Assembly (NCBI GenBank): GCA_009840945.1
Contig: VXMU01000118.1
Span: forward strand, 2,454 to 66,453
Direction of reading: 5' to 3'
DNA length: 64,000 nt
From: Chloroflexota bacterium
GTDB taxonomy: Bacteria > Chloroflexota > Dehalococcoidia > UBA2979
The notes under the pieces were generated by a model, which had not been told where the DNA came from, did no database searches, and worked only from the letters and a program-made list of their open reading frames with translations. This document shows, piece by piece, positions 19,694 through 30,714 of this stretch. The translations under genes were made by a program, and so were the position numbers. How positions within the stretch are numbered: position 1 is the first letter of the stretch; every line of letters begins with the position of its first letter.

Positions 19694-22024
19694 CTACTCG
19701 TCGGCGCCCCCCGCGGACGCGGGGGGATCGGGGCTCCTGACCAGCAGCTGCGTCAGTGGCGCGACGCCCTCGGCGAACAACGTCCCGAACGCCCGGTTCA
19801 CGATCGCGGGGGCGTCGAGGAGATACGGGACGTACCGGCCGTCCAGCCGGGCGTAGAGCGCCGTGATGCCGAGGCCTCGAGCGCAGGCCTTGAGGTCGGC
19901 GACCGTCCCGCCCTCGTACGCAACGAGGCTGAAGCCGGGGGAGATGTCGCCGAGGATGCAGGCGCCGTCCGGCTTCGCGGCGGGCGGCGGGCCGCCGAAG
20001 ACCCGGTCGGGCAGCTCGTCCCCGATCGGGGTGTTGCGGCGGATCACGTCCGCGAGGGTCGTCGAGCGGAGCTCGAAGAGCAGTCCGAGGTTCGCGACGA
20101 AGTACGGGTCGCGCTCGTACCAGTAGCGGTCGCCGTCACGGAGTCGCCGGAACTGCTCGACGAGGATCGCGTGGAACGTCTCGCCCACCAGCGCCCCCGG
20201 CAGGTGGTCCTCGGCGAGTCCACCCACCCAGAGGTCGAGGTACCCGATCTCGCCGTAGGCCGACCGCAGCGCGGCCTCCATCTCGGGGTCCGAGGACACG
20301 TCCCCGAAGTCCTGGACCGGCGGCAGTCCGTAGGCCATGCGCGTGGTGTTGTAGTCGGCCAGCCCATGGTCCCTCGTGCGCTGGATGTTCAGCGCGGCCA
20401 GGTCACGCACCGGACCGCCCGGCGCGCCGAAGAGCATGTTGCGGACCTCGTCGATGAGCAGTGGGTCGATCTCCTGCGCCTGCTGGATGGCGAGGCCGCG
20501 GAGGAACCCCTCGATGCCCTCGGCTTCGACCAGCTCGGGGTTGAAGAAGGACGCCGCCAGCGAGAACGCCTGCGTGCGCCCGGACGCGTCGATGTGCATC
20601 AGGCTGGGCGAGAGCATCGTGTGTCCGAAGCGGTACGCCGCCGTCGAGAACTCGTTCGAGATGGAGGGATCGACGCGCGGGTCGTAGCCCTCGTACGGCC
20701 CGAGGGCGCCCGGGCCGAGCAGCAGGGGCAGGAACTCGTTGTAGGTGATCGCCTGCATGAGCGCGCCGACGATCTTGCGGGCCAGCTCGAAGATCTCCTG
20801 GCCCATGAGCGACGGGTTCTCCGCGGCGATGATCGCGGCCAGGCGGTTGTGCTCCCGGACGAAGAGGGCGTGCATCGAGGTGAGCCCGACGTGCTCGTTG
20901 GCCCGGATGTCCCCCGCGAGGAAGAGCGCCGTGGTCCGGCCCCGGTTGCCGTCGTCGTTCGGCAGGAAGTCGTCGTTGTAGCGGAGCAGCCGCCCGTCGT
21001 GGGATGTCCTCAGCCTGCCCGTGCCGTCGTTGGTGCGGAGGGCGCGCGTGCGGCCGGGGTCCGAGCCGTAGACGTTGGAGGCGTCGATGAACGCGGTGAT
21101 CGTGTTGATCGGCGTCCGGGGACTGTCCGGTGTGACGCCGGTGGACGGGTCGAACGCGGAGCGACTGAACGGCATCGTGATGCCGCTGATGAATCGGTTA
21201 AACGCGGGGTCGCGCTGCGGGATGGGGATCGGGAGCGATTCCTGCTCCGCCGCCGGGGTCAGGCTGAGGTCGTGGTCCAGGAACTGGCCCCACTGCCACA
21301 CCATGTCCGTCACCCCGTAGGCGTTCGGCATCGACCCGTCCTGGGCCGAGACGAGATTGCTGACCTCGCGCGGGCCCGGCAGGTCGGGGGGCGGAGATCC
21401 GGTCAGGCCGTACAGCGCGGCGACGTCCGCCTTTCGGAGCAGCGTCGCGCCGGGCACGCCCAGCTCCGGGCGGTCGCGGTTGTTGCCCCAGCCGTCGACG
21501 GATCGCGCCTCGAACGCCTTCGGGAAGGCGCAGAGCACCACGGGCACCGTGAGGCCGGCGCGCCACTCGAGGTCGGCCTCGGTCCAGGCGAACAGGCGGC
21601 CGCCGCCCCGGGCGTCGGCGAGGTTGAGCCACACATCCCCGAGGCCCAGCGTGAGGCCCTCGACGCCGTCGTCGAGCGCCGGCGAGAACTCGACGAGCAC
21701 GCGCCAGGTCCCGGCCGCGTCGCGGGAGCGGTTCTGGATGATGTTCGTGACGGTGTAGGTACCGCCACGCCACGCGAACGTGTTGCCGGTGAGGCGGCCG
21801 AAGTCGCGCTCCGGGAGCGTGCTGTAGCCGCCGAGGCCACGGTTGATCCCGACCCGCATGCTCGCCGGCAGCAGCTCGCGGCCGCTCGCCTCCAGCGACA
21901 GCTCGGCCGGCCCGAGCTCGGCGTGGGAGGCCCGCGGGGAGGCGAGCAGGGCGAGGACCACCGCCAGGCCGACGAGCGACGCTGTCAGGGGGGTGCGGCG
22001 CCTGCTTCGAGTGCCGCGGCTCAC
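19694..22024 (-). CDS. Secreted animal-type heme peroxidase family protein with unassigned N- and C-terminal domains
   Basis: 776 aa. It has an Arg-rich signal peptide (MSRGTRSRRRTPLTASLVGLAVVLALLA), the distal-His motif WQWGQFLDHDLSLTP, the proximal-His motif TAAYRFGHTML and RTRDHGLADYN. Confidence 0.9.
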   Translation of the reverse strand: MSRGTRSRRRTPLTASLVGLAVVLALLASPRASHAELGPAELSLEASGRELLPASMRVGINRGLGGYSTLPERDFGRLTGNTFAWRGGTYTVTNIIQNRSRDAAGTWRVLVEFSPALDDGVEGLTLGLGDVWLNLADARGGGRLFAWTEADLEWRAGLTVPVVLCAFPKAFEARSVDGWGNNRDRPELGVPGATLLRKADVAALYGLTGSPPPDLPGPREVSNLVSAQDGSMPNAYGVTDMVWQWGQFLDHDLSLTPAAEQESLPIPIPQRDPAFNRFISGITMPFSRSAFDPSTGVTPDSPRTPINTITAFIDASNVYGSDPGRTRALRTNDGTGRLRTSHDGRLLRYNDDFLPNDDGNRGRTTALFLAGDIRANEHVGLTSMHALFVREHNRLAAIIAAENPSLMGQEIFELARKIVGALMQAITYNEFLPLLLGPGALGPYEGYDPRVDPSISNEFSTAAYRFGHTMLSPSLMHIDASGRTQAFSLAASFFNPELVEAEGIEGFLRGLAIQQAQEIDPLLIDEVRNMLFGAPGGPVRDLAALNIQRTRDHGLADYNTTRMAYGLPPVQDFGDVSSDPEMEAALRSAYGEIGYLDLWVGGLAEDHLPGALVGETFHAILVEQFRRLRDGDRYWYERDPYFVANLGLLFELRSTTLADVIRRNTPIGDELPDRVFGGPPPAAKPDGACILGDISPGFSLVAYEGGTVADLKACARGLGITALYARLDGRYVPYLLDAPAIVNRAFGTLFAEGVAPLTQLLVRSPDPPASAGGADE

Positions 22025-22173
22025 CTCGGACCGCTCCGCGAGCGGGGAGGTGCTTCGCCGGACAGCCCGGAAGCCACGAGCGGCGCGAGCCGCGAAGGAC
22101 GCGGCTGCTTCCAGGTGATACGCCCGGGGCGAAGGCGCAAGTGCGACATGCGACGATGATGTTAATGCCCGGC

Positions 22174-22187
22174 CTCTTGATCAAGAG
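22174..22187. promoter_or_regulatory. 14-bp perfect palindrome CTCTTGATCAAGAG in the AT-rich region upstream of the peroxidase gene; candidate operator
   Basis: Read directly. It lies 150 bp upstream of the peroxidase ATG (22024), inside the only strongly AT-rich stretch in the window (about 22140-22370). Confidence 0.35.
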
Positions 22188-22418
22188 TTACCGGGTGACA
22201 AAACTACCAAATCTCATGCGATGATTATCTTGCGTCATGCGGGGATGACGATTGAGAGCACTATCACAAGGTGAAGGCGATGCTTCGCGCTCGTCTTTGT
22301 ACGCTGCATTAGATGCCACGAATTATAGACGAGTAACCGGTATGGGTCGCAAAACGCTATTGATCACGTCGTGAGAAGCAACGTGCCGATCCCGGCCGGG
22401 GCGCCCGGCGACCGCGGG

Positions 22419-22865
22419 CTACGAGTCGGAGAAGGCGGCGCGCATGTTCCGGGCGAAGTCCCGCACCATCGCGTCGGCCTTGCGGCGGATCAGGGGCTGA
22501 CCCAGCTCCGCGAGGCGACCCGAGAACTGGACGTCGGCGGTGACGCGCACCTCGGAGTCGCCGGGGCCGAGCGGCTCGACGCGCGCCTCGATGGTGGCGT
22601 CCACGCCCGCGCCGATGCGCCGGTCGCGCCCGCCGCCGCGCGCGCGCAGCGTCCCGTCGGCGTCGCTCTGCACCTCCGCCTGCCCGGTCAGCGAGAAGCT
22701 GACGGGACCGAGGCGCACCCGCAGGCGGCCCTCGTACTCGTCGCCGCCGAGCGCGGTCACGTCCTCGACGCCCGGGACGCAGGCGGCCACCTTCGGGATG
22801 TCGGCCAGGAAGTGCGCGACGGCCTCGGACGGTGCGTCCACGGCGATGGTGTGCTCGAAGATCAT
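22419..22865 (-). CDS. CoxG-like SRPBCC family protein
   Basis: 148 aa beginning MIFEHTIAVDAPSEAVAHFLADIPKVAACVPGV. There is a 4-bp ATGA overlap with the upstream FAD-subunit gene. Confidence 0.85.
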   Translation of the reverse strand: MIFEHTIAVDAPSEAVAHFLADIPKVAACVPGVEDVTALGGDEYEGRLRVRLGPVSFSLTGQAEVQSDADGTLRARGGGRDRRIGAGVDATIEARVEPLGPGDSEVRVTADVQFSGRLAELGQPLIRRKADAMVRDFARNMRAAFSDS

Positions 22866-23728
22866 GCGTCCTCCGCCAGCAGCGTCCGTTCGAGGGCGCG
22901 CCGGGTGAAGACGACGGCCATCTCGCGCTTGTAGTCCGCCGAGCCGCGGAAGTCGTCGAGCGGGTCGACGTGGTCTCGCACGGCCTCGGCTGCCTCCCGG
23001 ATCGCCTCGGCGGTCACGGGCTGCCCGGTGAGCGTGCGCTCGACCTCCGTGGCGCGGACGGGGGTGGGGGCGGCCGCGATCAGCGCGACCCGCACATCCG
23101 TGCAGACCCCGTCGTCGACCTCGCCCACCGCCGCGACGGCGACCGTGGCGTAGTCGTCCTCGGTGCGCGGCAGGAACTTGAGGTACACCGAGCGCGCGTC
23201 CGGCGCGGGACGCGGCACCGCGACCGACTCGATGATCTCGTCGGGCTCGAGGGCGCTCTCGTAGTAGTCGAAGAACAGGTCCTCCACCGCGATGGTGCGG
23301 GCGCCGCGGCTGGAGACGGCGCGCACGCTCGCCCCGAGCGCGATCAGCGCGGCGGGTGGGTCCTGCGCGGGGTCGGCGTGAGCGAGGCCCCCACCCACGG
23401 TGGCCATGTTGCGGATCCGCACGGTCGCGACGCGCCCGTACGTCTCGGCCAGCAGCGGCGCGGCCTCGCGCACCAGCGGCGAGGTCTCCACGTCGCGGTG
23501 ACGCACGAGCGCGCCGATGTGGAGCGCCTCGCCGTCGAGGCGGATCTCCGACATCCCCTCGATGCCGTCGAGGCTCACGAGGTGCTCGGGCAGCGCCAGC
23601 GACTGCTTCATCAGCACGACCAGCGCGGTGCCGCCGGCGAACGGGCGCGCGTCGTAGCCGTGCTCGTCGAGCAGCGCGAGCGCCTCTGGCAGCGTCCCGG
23701 GTCGGTGGAACGTGAAGTCGTGGAGCAC
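22862..23728 (-). CDS. Molybdenum hydroxylase FAD-binding (medium) subunit
   Basis: 288 aa. FTFHRPGTLPEALALL...AGGTALVVLMK is the CO dehydrogenase/xanthine dehydrogenase flavoprotein fold. Confidence 0.9.
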   Translation of the reverse strand: MLHDFTFHRPGTLPEALALLDEHGYDARPFAGGTALVVLMKQSLALPEHLVSLDGIEGMSEIRLDGEALHIGALVRHRDVETSPLVREAAPLLAETYGRVATVRIRNMATVGGGLAHADPAQDPPAALIALGASVRAVSSRGARTIAVEDLFFDYYESALEPDEIIESVAVPRPAPDARSVYLKFLPRTEDDYATVAVAAVGEVDDGVCTDVRVALIAAAPTPVRATEVERTLTGQPVTAEAIREAAEAVRDHVDPLDDFRGSADYKREMAVVFTRRALERTLLAEDA

Positions 23729-23729
23729 G

Positions 23730-24185
23730 CTACGCCTCGCCCTGCGAGGCCGCCGCGATCGCCTCGAGGATCTGGTAGTAGCCGGTGCAGCGGCAGAGGT
23801 TGCCCATCATCCAGCGCTTCGCATCGTCCTCGCTGGGTGCGGGGTTCGCGTTGAGCAAGGAGCGCGCCGCGACGAGCTGGCCCGGCGTGCAGATGCCGCA
23901 CTGCAGCCCGCCACGCTCGAGGAAGGCCTCCTGGATCGGGTCCAGCCGCTCGTCGTCCGCGAGTCCCTCGACGGTGACGACGTCGGCGCCCTCGGCCTGC
24001 GCGGCGAGCGCCAGGCAGGACGCCACCATGCGGCCGTCGAGGAGCACCGTGCACGCCCCGCAGACGCCGACCGAGCAGGCCTCCTTCGTGCCCGTCAGGC
24101 CGAGGTCCGCGCGCAGCAGGTCGATGAGCAGCTGTCCGGGCGGCGCGTTGGTCTCCACCGGCTGTCCGTTCACGGTCAGACGCAT
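23730..24185 (-). CDS. Molybdenum hydroxylase [2Fe-2S] (small) subunit
   Basis: ATG 24185 (MRLTVNGQPV...). It has both Cys clusters: CSVGVCGACTV and CGICTPG...CRCTGY. 151 aa, embedded in a longer shadow ORF. Confidence 0.92.
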   Translation of the reverse strand: MRLTVNGQPVETNAPPGQLLIDLLRADLGLTGTKEACSVGVCGACTVLLDGRMVASCLALAAQAEGADVVTVEGLADDERLDPIQEAFLERGGLQCGICTPGQLVAARSLLNANPAPSEDDAKRWMMGNLCRCTGYYQILEAIAAASQGEA

Positions 24186-24187
24186 GG

Positions 24188-26443
24188 CTACTCCGTCGAT
24201 TCCGGCGCATCGGCGCGGCTGCTCCGGGACGCCTCGTCCGCCAGCGCGCGGTAGACCTTCTCCGAGGTGAGCGGGAGGTCGGCGATACGCACGCCGACGG
24301 CGTCCGCGACCGCGTTGGCGATCGCCGCTGCCACCGGGACGTTCGGCGTCTCGCCGATGCCCTTGATGGCGTAGGGCCCGACGCCGTCCTCGGACTCCAG
24401 CAGCACCGTCCGCAGCTCCGGGATGTCGAAGCTCGTCGGGATCTTGTAGTCGCCGAACGAGAGCGTCGTCACGCGGCCGTCCTCGATGGCCAGCTCTTCC
24501 ATGAGCGCGTAGCCGAGGCCTTGCACGACCCCGCCGTTGATCTGGCCCTGGTGTCCAACGGGGTTGAGGACGCGCCCCACGTCGTGGGCCGTGGTTAGGC
24601 CGAGCACGCGCAGTTCGCCGGTCTCCGGGTCGACCTCGACCTCCGCTACCTGCGCGACGAACCCGGTCACGCGCACTGGTTCCCGATCCTCGATGTAGGC
24701 GCGGCCGACGACGCGCTCCTCCCACTCGACGAGCAGCTCGGGCCAGCGCAGCACCTCCTCGCGCCCCTCGACGCGGATCTCGTCGCCGTCGAGGGTGATT
24801 GCGGCCTCGGGCTCGCCGAGGCGCTCCGCCACGAGCTGCACCAGCTTGCGGCGCGCGTCCTGCGCGGCCTGGTAGGCGACGTTGGTGTTCACGCGCGATG
24901 CGCGGCTGCCGCCGATGCCCGAGTCGTCGACCGTGCCGTCGGTGTCCCACACCTGGAGCTCGATGCGGTGCAGCGGAGCGCGCAGCTCCTCGGCGACGAC
25001 CTGCTGGAGCGTGGTGTGGGTGCCGCTGCCCTGGTCGAAGATCGCCGTGCCCAGCACCACCCGGCCGCCCGGCTCCAGTGCGACCTCGGCGTTCCCGATA
25101 CCCCCGCCTGAGCCGTGGTCGCCGATGGCGATCCCGCGGCCGACGAGCGGCGCCCTGGGCTCCGCGTACCCGGCGGCGTCCGCGGCGGCCTCGAGCGTCT
25201 CCTTCACGCGCACGTGCTCGAAGTGCTGGCCCCATGCGGTCTCCTCGCCGTCGTCGATGAGGTTGCGCATGCGGAACTCGAACGGGTCCATGCCGAGGCG
25301 GCCCGCGACCTCGTCGAGGTGGCTCTCCAGCGCGAAGACGGCCTGCGGGGAGCCGGGGGCGCGCATGTGCCCGCCGGGCACGATGTTGGTGTAGACGTGG
25401 ACCGCCTCGATGCGCGTGTTGGGGATGTGGTACGGGCCGGCCGCGCGCGGCGCGCCGCCGATCACGCCGGCCGGCTTGTAGCCGGCGTAGGCGCCGCTGT
25501 TCACGAAGAACTGCACGTGGTGCGCGCGGATCGTGCCGTCGCGCATCACGCCGGTGCGCAGCCGTGTGCGCGTCGAGTGACGCGGCATGCCCGCCATGAA
25601 CTCCTCGATGTAGTCCGCCACCATCCGCACGGGCCGGCCGGCGGCCTGCGCGAGGAAGTAGCAGACGGCCAGGTCCATCGGCGTGCCCTTGCCGCCGAAG
25701 TCGCCGCCGATGTGGGAGTGGTGCAGCACGATCTCGTCGCGCGAGATGCCGACCGTGGCGGCGAGGTCGTCGCGGATGTTCTGCGGCGCCTTCGTGTTCG
25801 TCCAGACGTGCGCGCGCCCGTCCTCGAATGACACCACCGAGGCGTGCGGCTCCAGGTAGGCCTGGTGGTGGCGCTGCGTCTCGTACACGCCCTCGACGAT
25901 GATGTCGGCCTCCGCGAAGCCGGCATCGAGGTCGCCTCGGTTGTCCACCGTCCAGCGATAGGCGTTCGAGGGCTCGTCGAGCGGCCGCATGCCGGGGTAC
26001 GAGTTGAGGTCGGGGTGCAGCACCGGCGCGTCCGGCGCCAGCGCCGCGTCCAGGTCGAGGACGGCCGGGAGCTCCTCGTAGGTGACTTCGATCAGGTCGG
26101 CGGCGTGTCTGGCTATCTCCTCGGTCTCAGCGGCGACGGCGGCGACACGCTCGCCCGAGTAGCGCACGACGCCGCGCGCGAGCACGGGGATGTCCTTGAT
26201 CATGCGCCCGTACAGGTAGTGGCCGACATCTTCGCCGGTGATCACCGCATGCACGCCGGGCAGCGCGCGCGCCTCGGCGGTGTCGATCTCGACGATGCGC
26301 GCGTGCGAGCGGGTGCTGTGGACGAGCGCGCCTGAGAGCGCTCCCGGGATCGGCTGGTCGGCGACGTAGCGCGCGGCGCCGGTGACCTTCGCCACGCCGT
26401 CGACGCGCGGCGTCGGCATCCCGATCTCGACGTAGTCCGCCAC
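24188..26443 (-). CDS. Molybdopterin-binding (large) subunit of a xanthine dehydrogenase/aldehyde oxidase-family hydroxylase
   Basis: The probable start is GTG 26443, with GAGAGGA 6 nt upstream. Motifs include PRVDGVAKVTG, GGDFGGKG and GGHMRAPGSPQA. The CODH-specific AYXCSFR and AYRGAGR loops are absent. Confidence 0.88.
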   Translation of the reverse strand: MADYVEIGMPTPRVDGVAKVTGAARYVADQPIPGALSGALVHSTRSHARIVEIDTAEARALPGVHAVITGEDVGHYLYGRMIKDIPVLARGVVRYSGERVAAVAAETEEIARHAADLIEVTYEELPAVLDLDAALAPDAPVLHPDLNSYPGMRPLDEPSNAYRWTVDNRGDLDAGFAEADIIVEGVYETQRHHQAYLEPHASVVSFEDGRAHVWTNTKAPQNIRDDLAATVGISRDEIVLHHSHIGGDFGGKGTPMDLAVCYFLAQAAGRPVRMVADYIEEFMAGMPRHSTRTRLRTGVMRDGTIRAHHVQFFVNSGAYAGYKPAGVIGGAPRAAGPYHIPNTRIEAVHVYTNIVPGGHMRAPGSPQAVFALESHLDEVAGRLGMDPFEFRMRNLIDDGEETAWGQHFEHVRVKETLEAAADAAGYAEPRAPLVGRGIAIGDHGSGGGIGNAEVALEPGGRVVLGTAIFDQGSGTHTTLQQVVAEELRAPLHRIELQVWDTDGTVDDSGIGGSRASRVNTNVAYQAAQDARRKLVQLVAERLGEPEAAITLDGDEIRVEGREEVLRWPELLVEWEERVVGRAYIEDREPVRVTGFVAQVAEVEVDPETGELRVLGLTTAHDVGRVLNPVGHQGQINGGVVQGLGYALMEELAIEDGRVTTLSFGDYKIPTSFDIPELRTVLLESEDGVGPYAIKGIGETPNVPVAAAIANAVADAVGVRIADLPLTSEKVYRALADEASRSSRADAPESTE

Positions 26444-26524
26444 GCACCGGTCCTCTCGCACGCTGCCGCGAGCCGGATTATCGCACCGGCGGTCGGCGTG
26501 CGCCCGCGCGCCGGGAGCGTCGCG

Positions 26525-28237
<1,713 letters not shown>

Positions 28238-29224
28238 CTACGACCCCGTCCCGGCCGCCTCCCGGGCCTCCTCGGCGATCGCCGCGCGCACGGCCTTGAC
28301 CACCTGCTGGAAGCCCCGTTCGCTGCCCGGCAGCATCAGCAACGTGAAGAAGCCGTGCGTTTGGCCGTCGTGGCGCTGGAAGTTGACCGGCACCCCGGCC
28401 GCCTCGAGGCGTTCGGCGTAGGCCTCGCCCTCGTCGCGCAGCACGTCGTGCTCCGCGGTCAGCACCACCGCCGGGGGGAGGCCCGCGAGGTCGGCGGCGC
28501 GCAGCGGCGAGGCGTCGGGCTCGGCGCGCCGCGCGGCGTCGGGGACGTAGTGGTCCCAGAACCACTCCATACCCTCGCGCGTCAGCAGCAGCCGGTTCGC
28601 GGGATCGGTGTACGAGGGCCGGTCGAAGTCGGCGTCGGTGACGGGGTAGACCAGGATCTGCGCCGCGATCGGCGGACCGCCGCGGTCGCGCGCCCGCAGC
28701 GCCATCACCGCCGCGAGGTTGCCGCCCGCGCTGTCGCCCGCGACGAACAGTGGCGCGCCCGGCCTCGACAGCTCCTCGACGCGCTCGCCGGCCCACTCCA
28801 GCGCCGCGTAGGAGTCGTCGACGGCGACCGGGTAGCGATGCTCGGGCGCGAGCCGGTAGTCGACGAGCACTACCGTGCACGACGTGCGCTCGGCGAGCTT
28901 GCGCCCGACGGTGTCCGACTCGTCGATGGAGCCGATGACCCAGCCGCCGCCGTGGTAGTACACGATCACGCCGGCCGGCCGCTCCAGCGGCGTCAGCACG
29001 CGGACCGGCACCTCGCCGTCCGGCATTACGAGGGTGTGGTTCTCGACGCGATGCATCGACGGCGCGGGGCCGATCATCTCGGCCATGCCGGCGAACATCG
29101 CACGCGCCTCCTCGACGGTGCTCTCGTGCAGCGGCGTGCCGCCGGCCTCGGCCATCTCCTTCAGCAACCGTGCGGTCGCAAAGTCGAGCGTCATGCGGTC
29201 TTCCCCGGCTCCCGCGGTGGCCAT
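28238..29224 (-). CDS. Alpha/beta hydrolase, hormone-sensitive-lipase-type esterase
   Basis: Oxyanion motif HGGGW and nucleophile motif GDSAGGNLA. The start may instead be ATG 29194 (MTLDFATARLL). Confidence 0.88.
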   Translation of the reverse strand: MATAGAGEDRMTLDFATARLLKEMAEAGGTPLHESTVEEARAMFAGMAEMIGPAPSMHRVENHTLVMPDGEVPVRVLTPLERPAGVIVYYHGGGWVIGSIDESDTVGRKLAERTSCTVVLVDYRLAPEHRYPVAVDDSYAALEWAGERVEELSRPGAPLFVAGDSAGGNLAAVMALRARDRGGPPIAAQILVYPVTDADFDRPSYTDPANRLLLTREGMEWFWDHYVPDAARRAEPDASPLRAADLAGLPPAVVLTAEHDVLRDEGEAYAERLEAAGVPVNFQRHDGQTHGFFTLLMLPGSERGFQQVVKAVRAAIAEEAREAAGTGS

Positions 29225-29373
29225 CGGGCCGCGCGGGCACCAGCATATAGGCGCGGCACGCGTAGCTCAGCCCCTCGACGGCGCCGGCGCCACGCACGGC
29301 CCACGCCGACCCGGCGGGCCGGCGAGGGCCGTGCCCGCCGGTGGCGATCGGCAGGGCCGATACGCGGCGGCGC

Positions 29374-30714
29374 TTACCGACTCCGCATCCGGTACAGGCG
29401 ACGTCCGAGCCAGAAGAGCCCGACGGCAAGCGGCACGACCCAGAGGAACGGGATCGCGATGCCGAGCCCCAGCACGCCGAGGCGGGCGAGGGTGACCACG
29501 GCCCCCCAGCTCCCCCGCAGCCCGTCTGCGAACGTCGGCAGCGAGTCGTCCTCGATGACCTCGTACTCGAAGACGTCGTAGTCGACCGTCACGGGGATGC
29601 GCAGCGGCTCGCCGTCCGCGTCCACCGCCACGGCGGAGAATCCCCACGACGGCGCGGTCCCCAGCTCGGCCTCGGTCAGGAAGTAGCCGAGCAGCCGCTC
29701 GCCCGGTTGCAGCGGTTCGCCGACCGAGCCCTCGAGGGCGACGAAGTCGTCGTCATCGAGGCCAAGCCCGATGTCCTGGATCTCGATCTCGACCATCGCA
29801 ACGTCTCCGGTGTTCTCGACCGAGACACAGACCGTGACCGGCGTCTCCTCGAGGACGGCGAGGTCGTCGGCAGGGCAGCGCTTGCCGCCGTCGTCTGCCG
29901 CGTAGCCGGTCTCTTCGAACTCGACGCGCGCCTCGGGCGGCGCGGGTGCCTCGGGCACGGGCTCGACCAGGGTGAGGAAGACCGTCGCCAGCGCGACCTG
30001 GCCCTGCACCGTGCGGAGCTGGCCGCGTAGCCGTTCGAGGTCCGTCTCGCGCGTGAGCAGCTGCGATTCGAGCTCCGCGACGTCCTTGAGTTCGACCGCG
30101 TTCTCGAGGAAGGTCCGGAGCCGCTCGACCGAGGCGCTGGAGGTGATGATGCGGCTCTCGAGGTCGACGACGCGCTCGGTGACGTCCTCGGCAGAGATCT
30201 GCTGGCTCTTGAGCTCGCCGAGGGCGACCAGCCGGGCCATCGCCTCGTTGAAGTCCTCCGGCAGCACCTTGAAGGTGAGCTCGGTGCGCGGTCTCGGCTC
30301 GGTCGTCGTGTCCTGCGAGTAGACCAGCCCGCCAAGCCCTGCGATCGCCACCTGCGCCTGCTGCGTCGCCCGCCCCACGTCGTCCACCTCAACGAGCAAC
30401 GTGCCGACGTAGATGATGTCGCGCCCGGTGTCGATCTGCTCGAATGCCACGCCGCTGCCGTCGCCGGAGGCGTCGTCGGAGACGCTTGCGGACGGACGAG
30501 GAGCTCGTGTGGCGCTCGGGGCCGGGGCGGTCGTAGCGGCTGCGGCAGCGGTCGAGCCCCGGCCCCCGCTGACCGAGGTGGTCGACGCTGCGGTCGTGCT
30601 TCTCGTCGTGGCGGCCGCGTCGTCGTCGTCACCTTCATCGCCGTTGCTGCATGCCGTGAGTACCGCGGCAGCCGCCAGCAGCACGACCACGACCAGCGCC
30701 GTCCACCTTGCCAT
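29374..30714 (-). CDS. DUF4349-type lipoprotein with C-terminal membrane helices
   Basis: Lipobox LLAAAAVLTAC. The DUF4349-like core (IIYVGTLLVEVDDV...coiled ESRI..LE..L..) has an extra ~150-aa insert before the terminal TM helices. Confidence 0.7.
   Translation of the reverse strand: MARWTALVVVVLLAAAAVLTACSNGDEGDDDDAAATTRSTTAASTTSVSGGRGSTAAAAATTAPAPSATRAPRPSASVSDDASGDGSGVAFEQIDTGRDIIYVGTLLVEVDDVGRATQQAQVAIAGLGGLVYSQDTTTEPRPRTELTFKVLPEDFNEAMARLVALGELKSQQISAEDVTERVVDLESRIITSSASVERLRTFLENAVELKDVAELESQLLTRETDLERLRGQLRTVQGQVALATVFLTLVEPVPEAPAPPEARVEFEETGYAADDGGKRCPADDLAVLEETPVTVCVSVENTGDVAMVEIEIQDIGLGLDDDDFVALEGSVGEPLQPGERLLGYFLTEAELGTAPSWGFSAVAVDADGEPLRIPVTVDYDVFEYEVIEDDSLPTFADGLRGSWGAVVTLARLGVLGLGIAIPFLWVVPLAVGLFWLGRRLYRMRSR

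Noticed and set aside
22419-26443. Calling this operon a carbon monoxide dehydrogenase (coxLSMG).
   Set aside because: The large subunit lacks both the form I and form II CODH active-site loops, so only the generic molybdenum hydroxylase call is supported.
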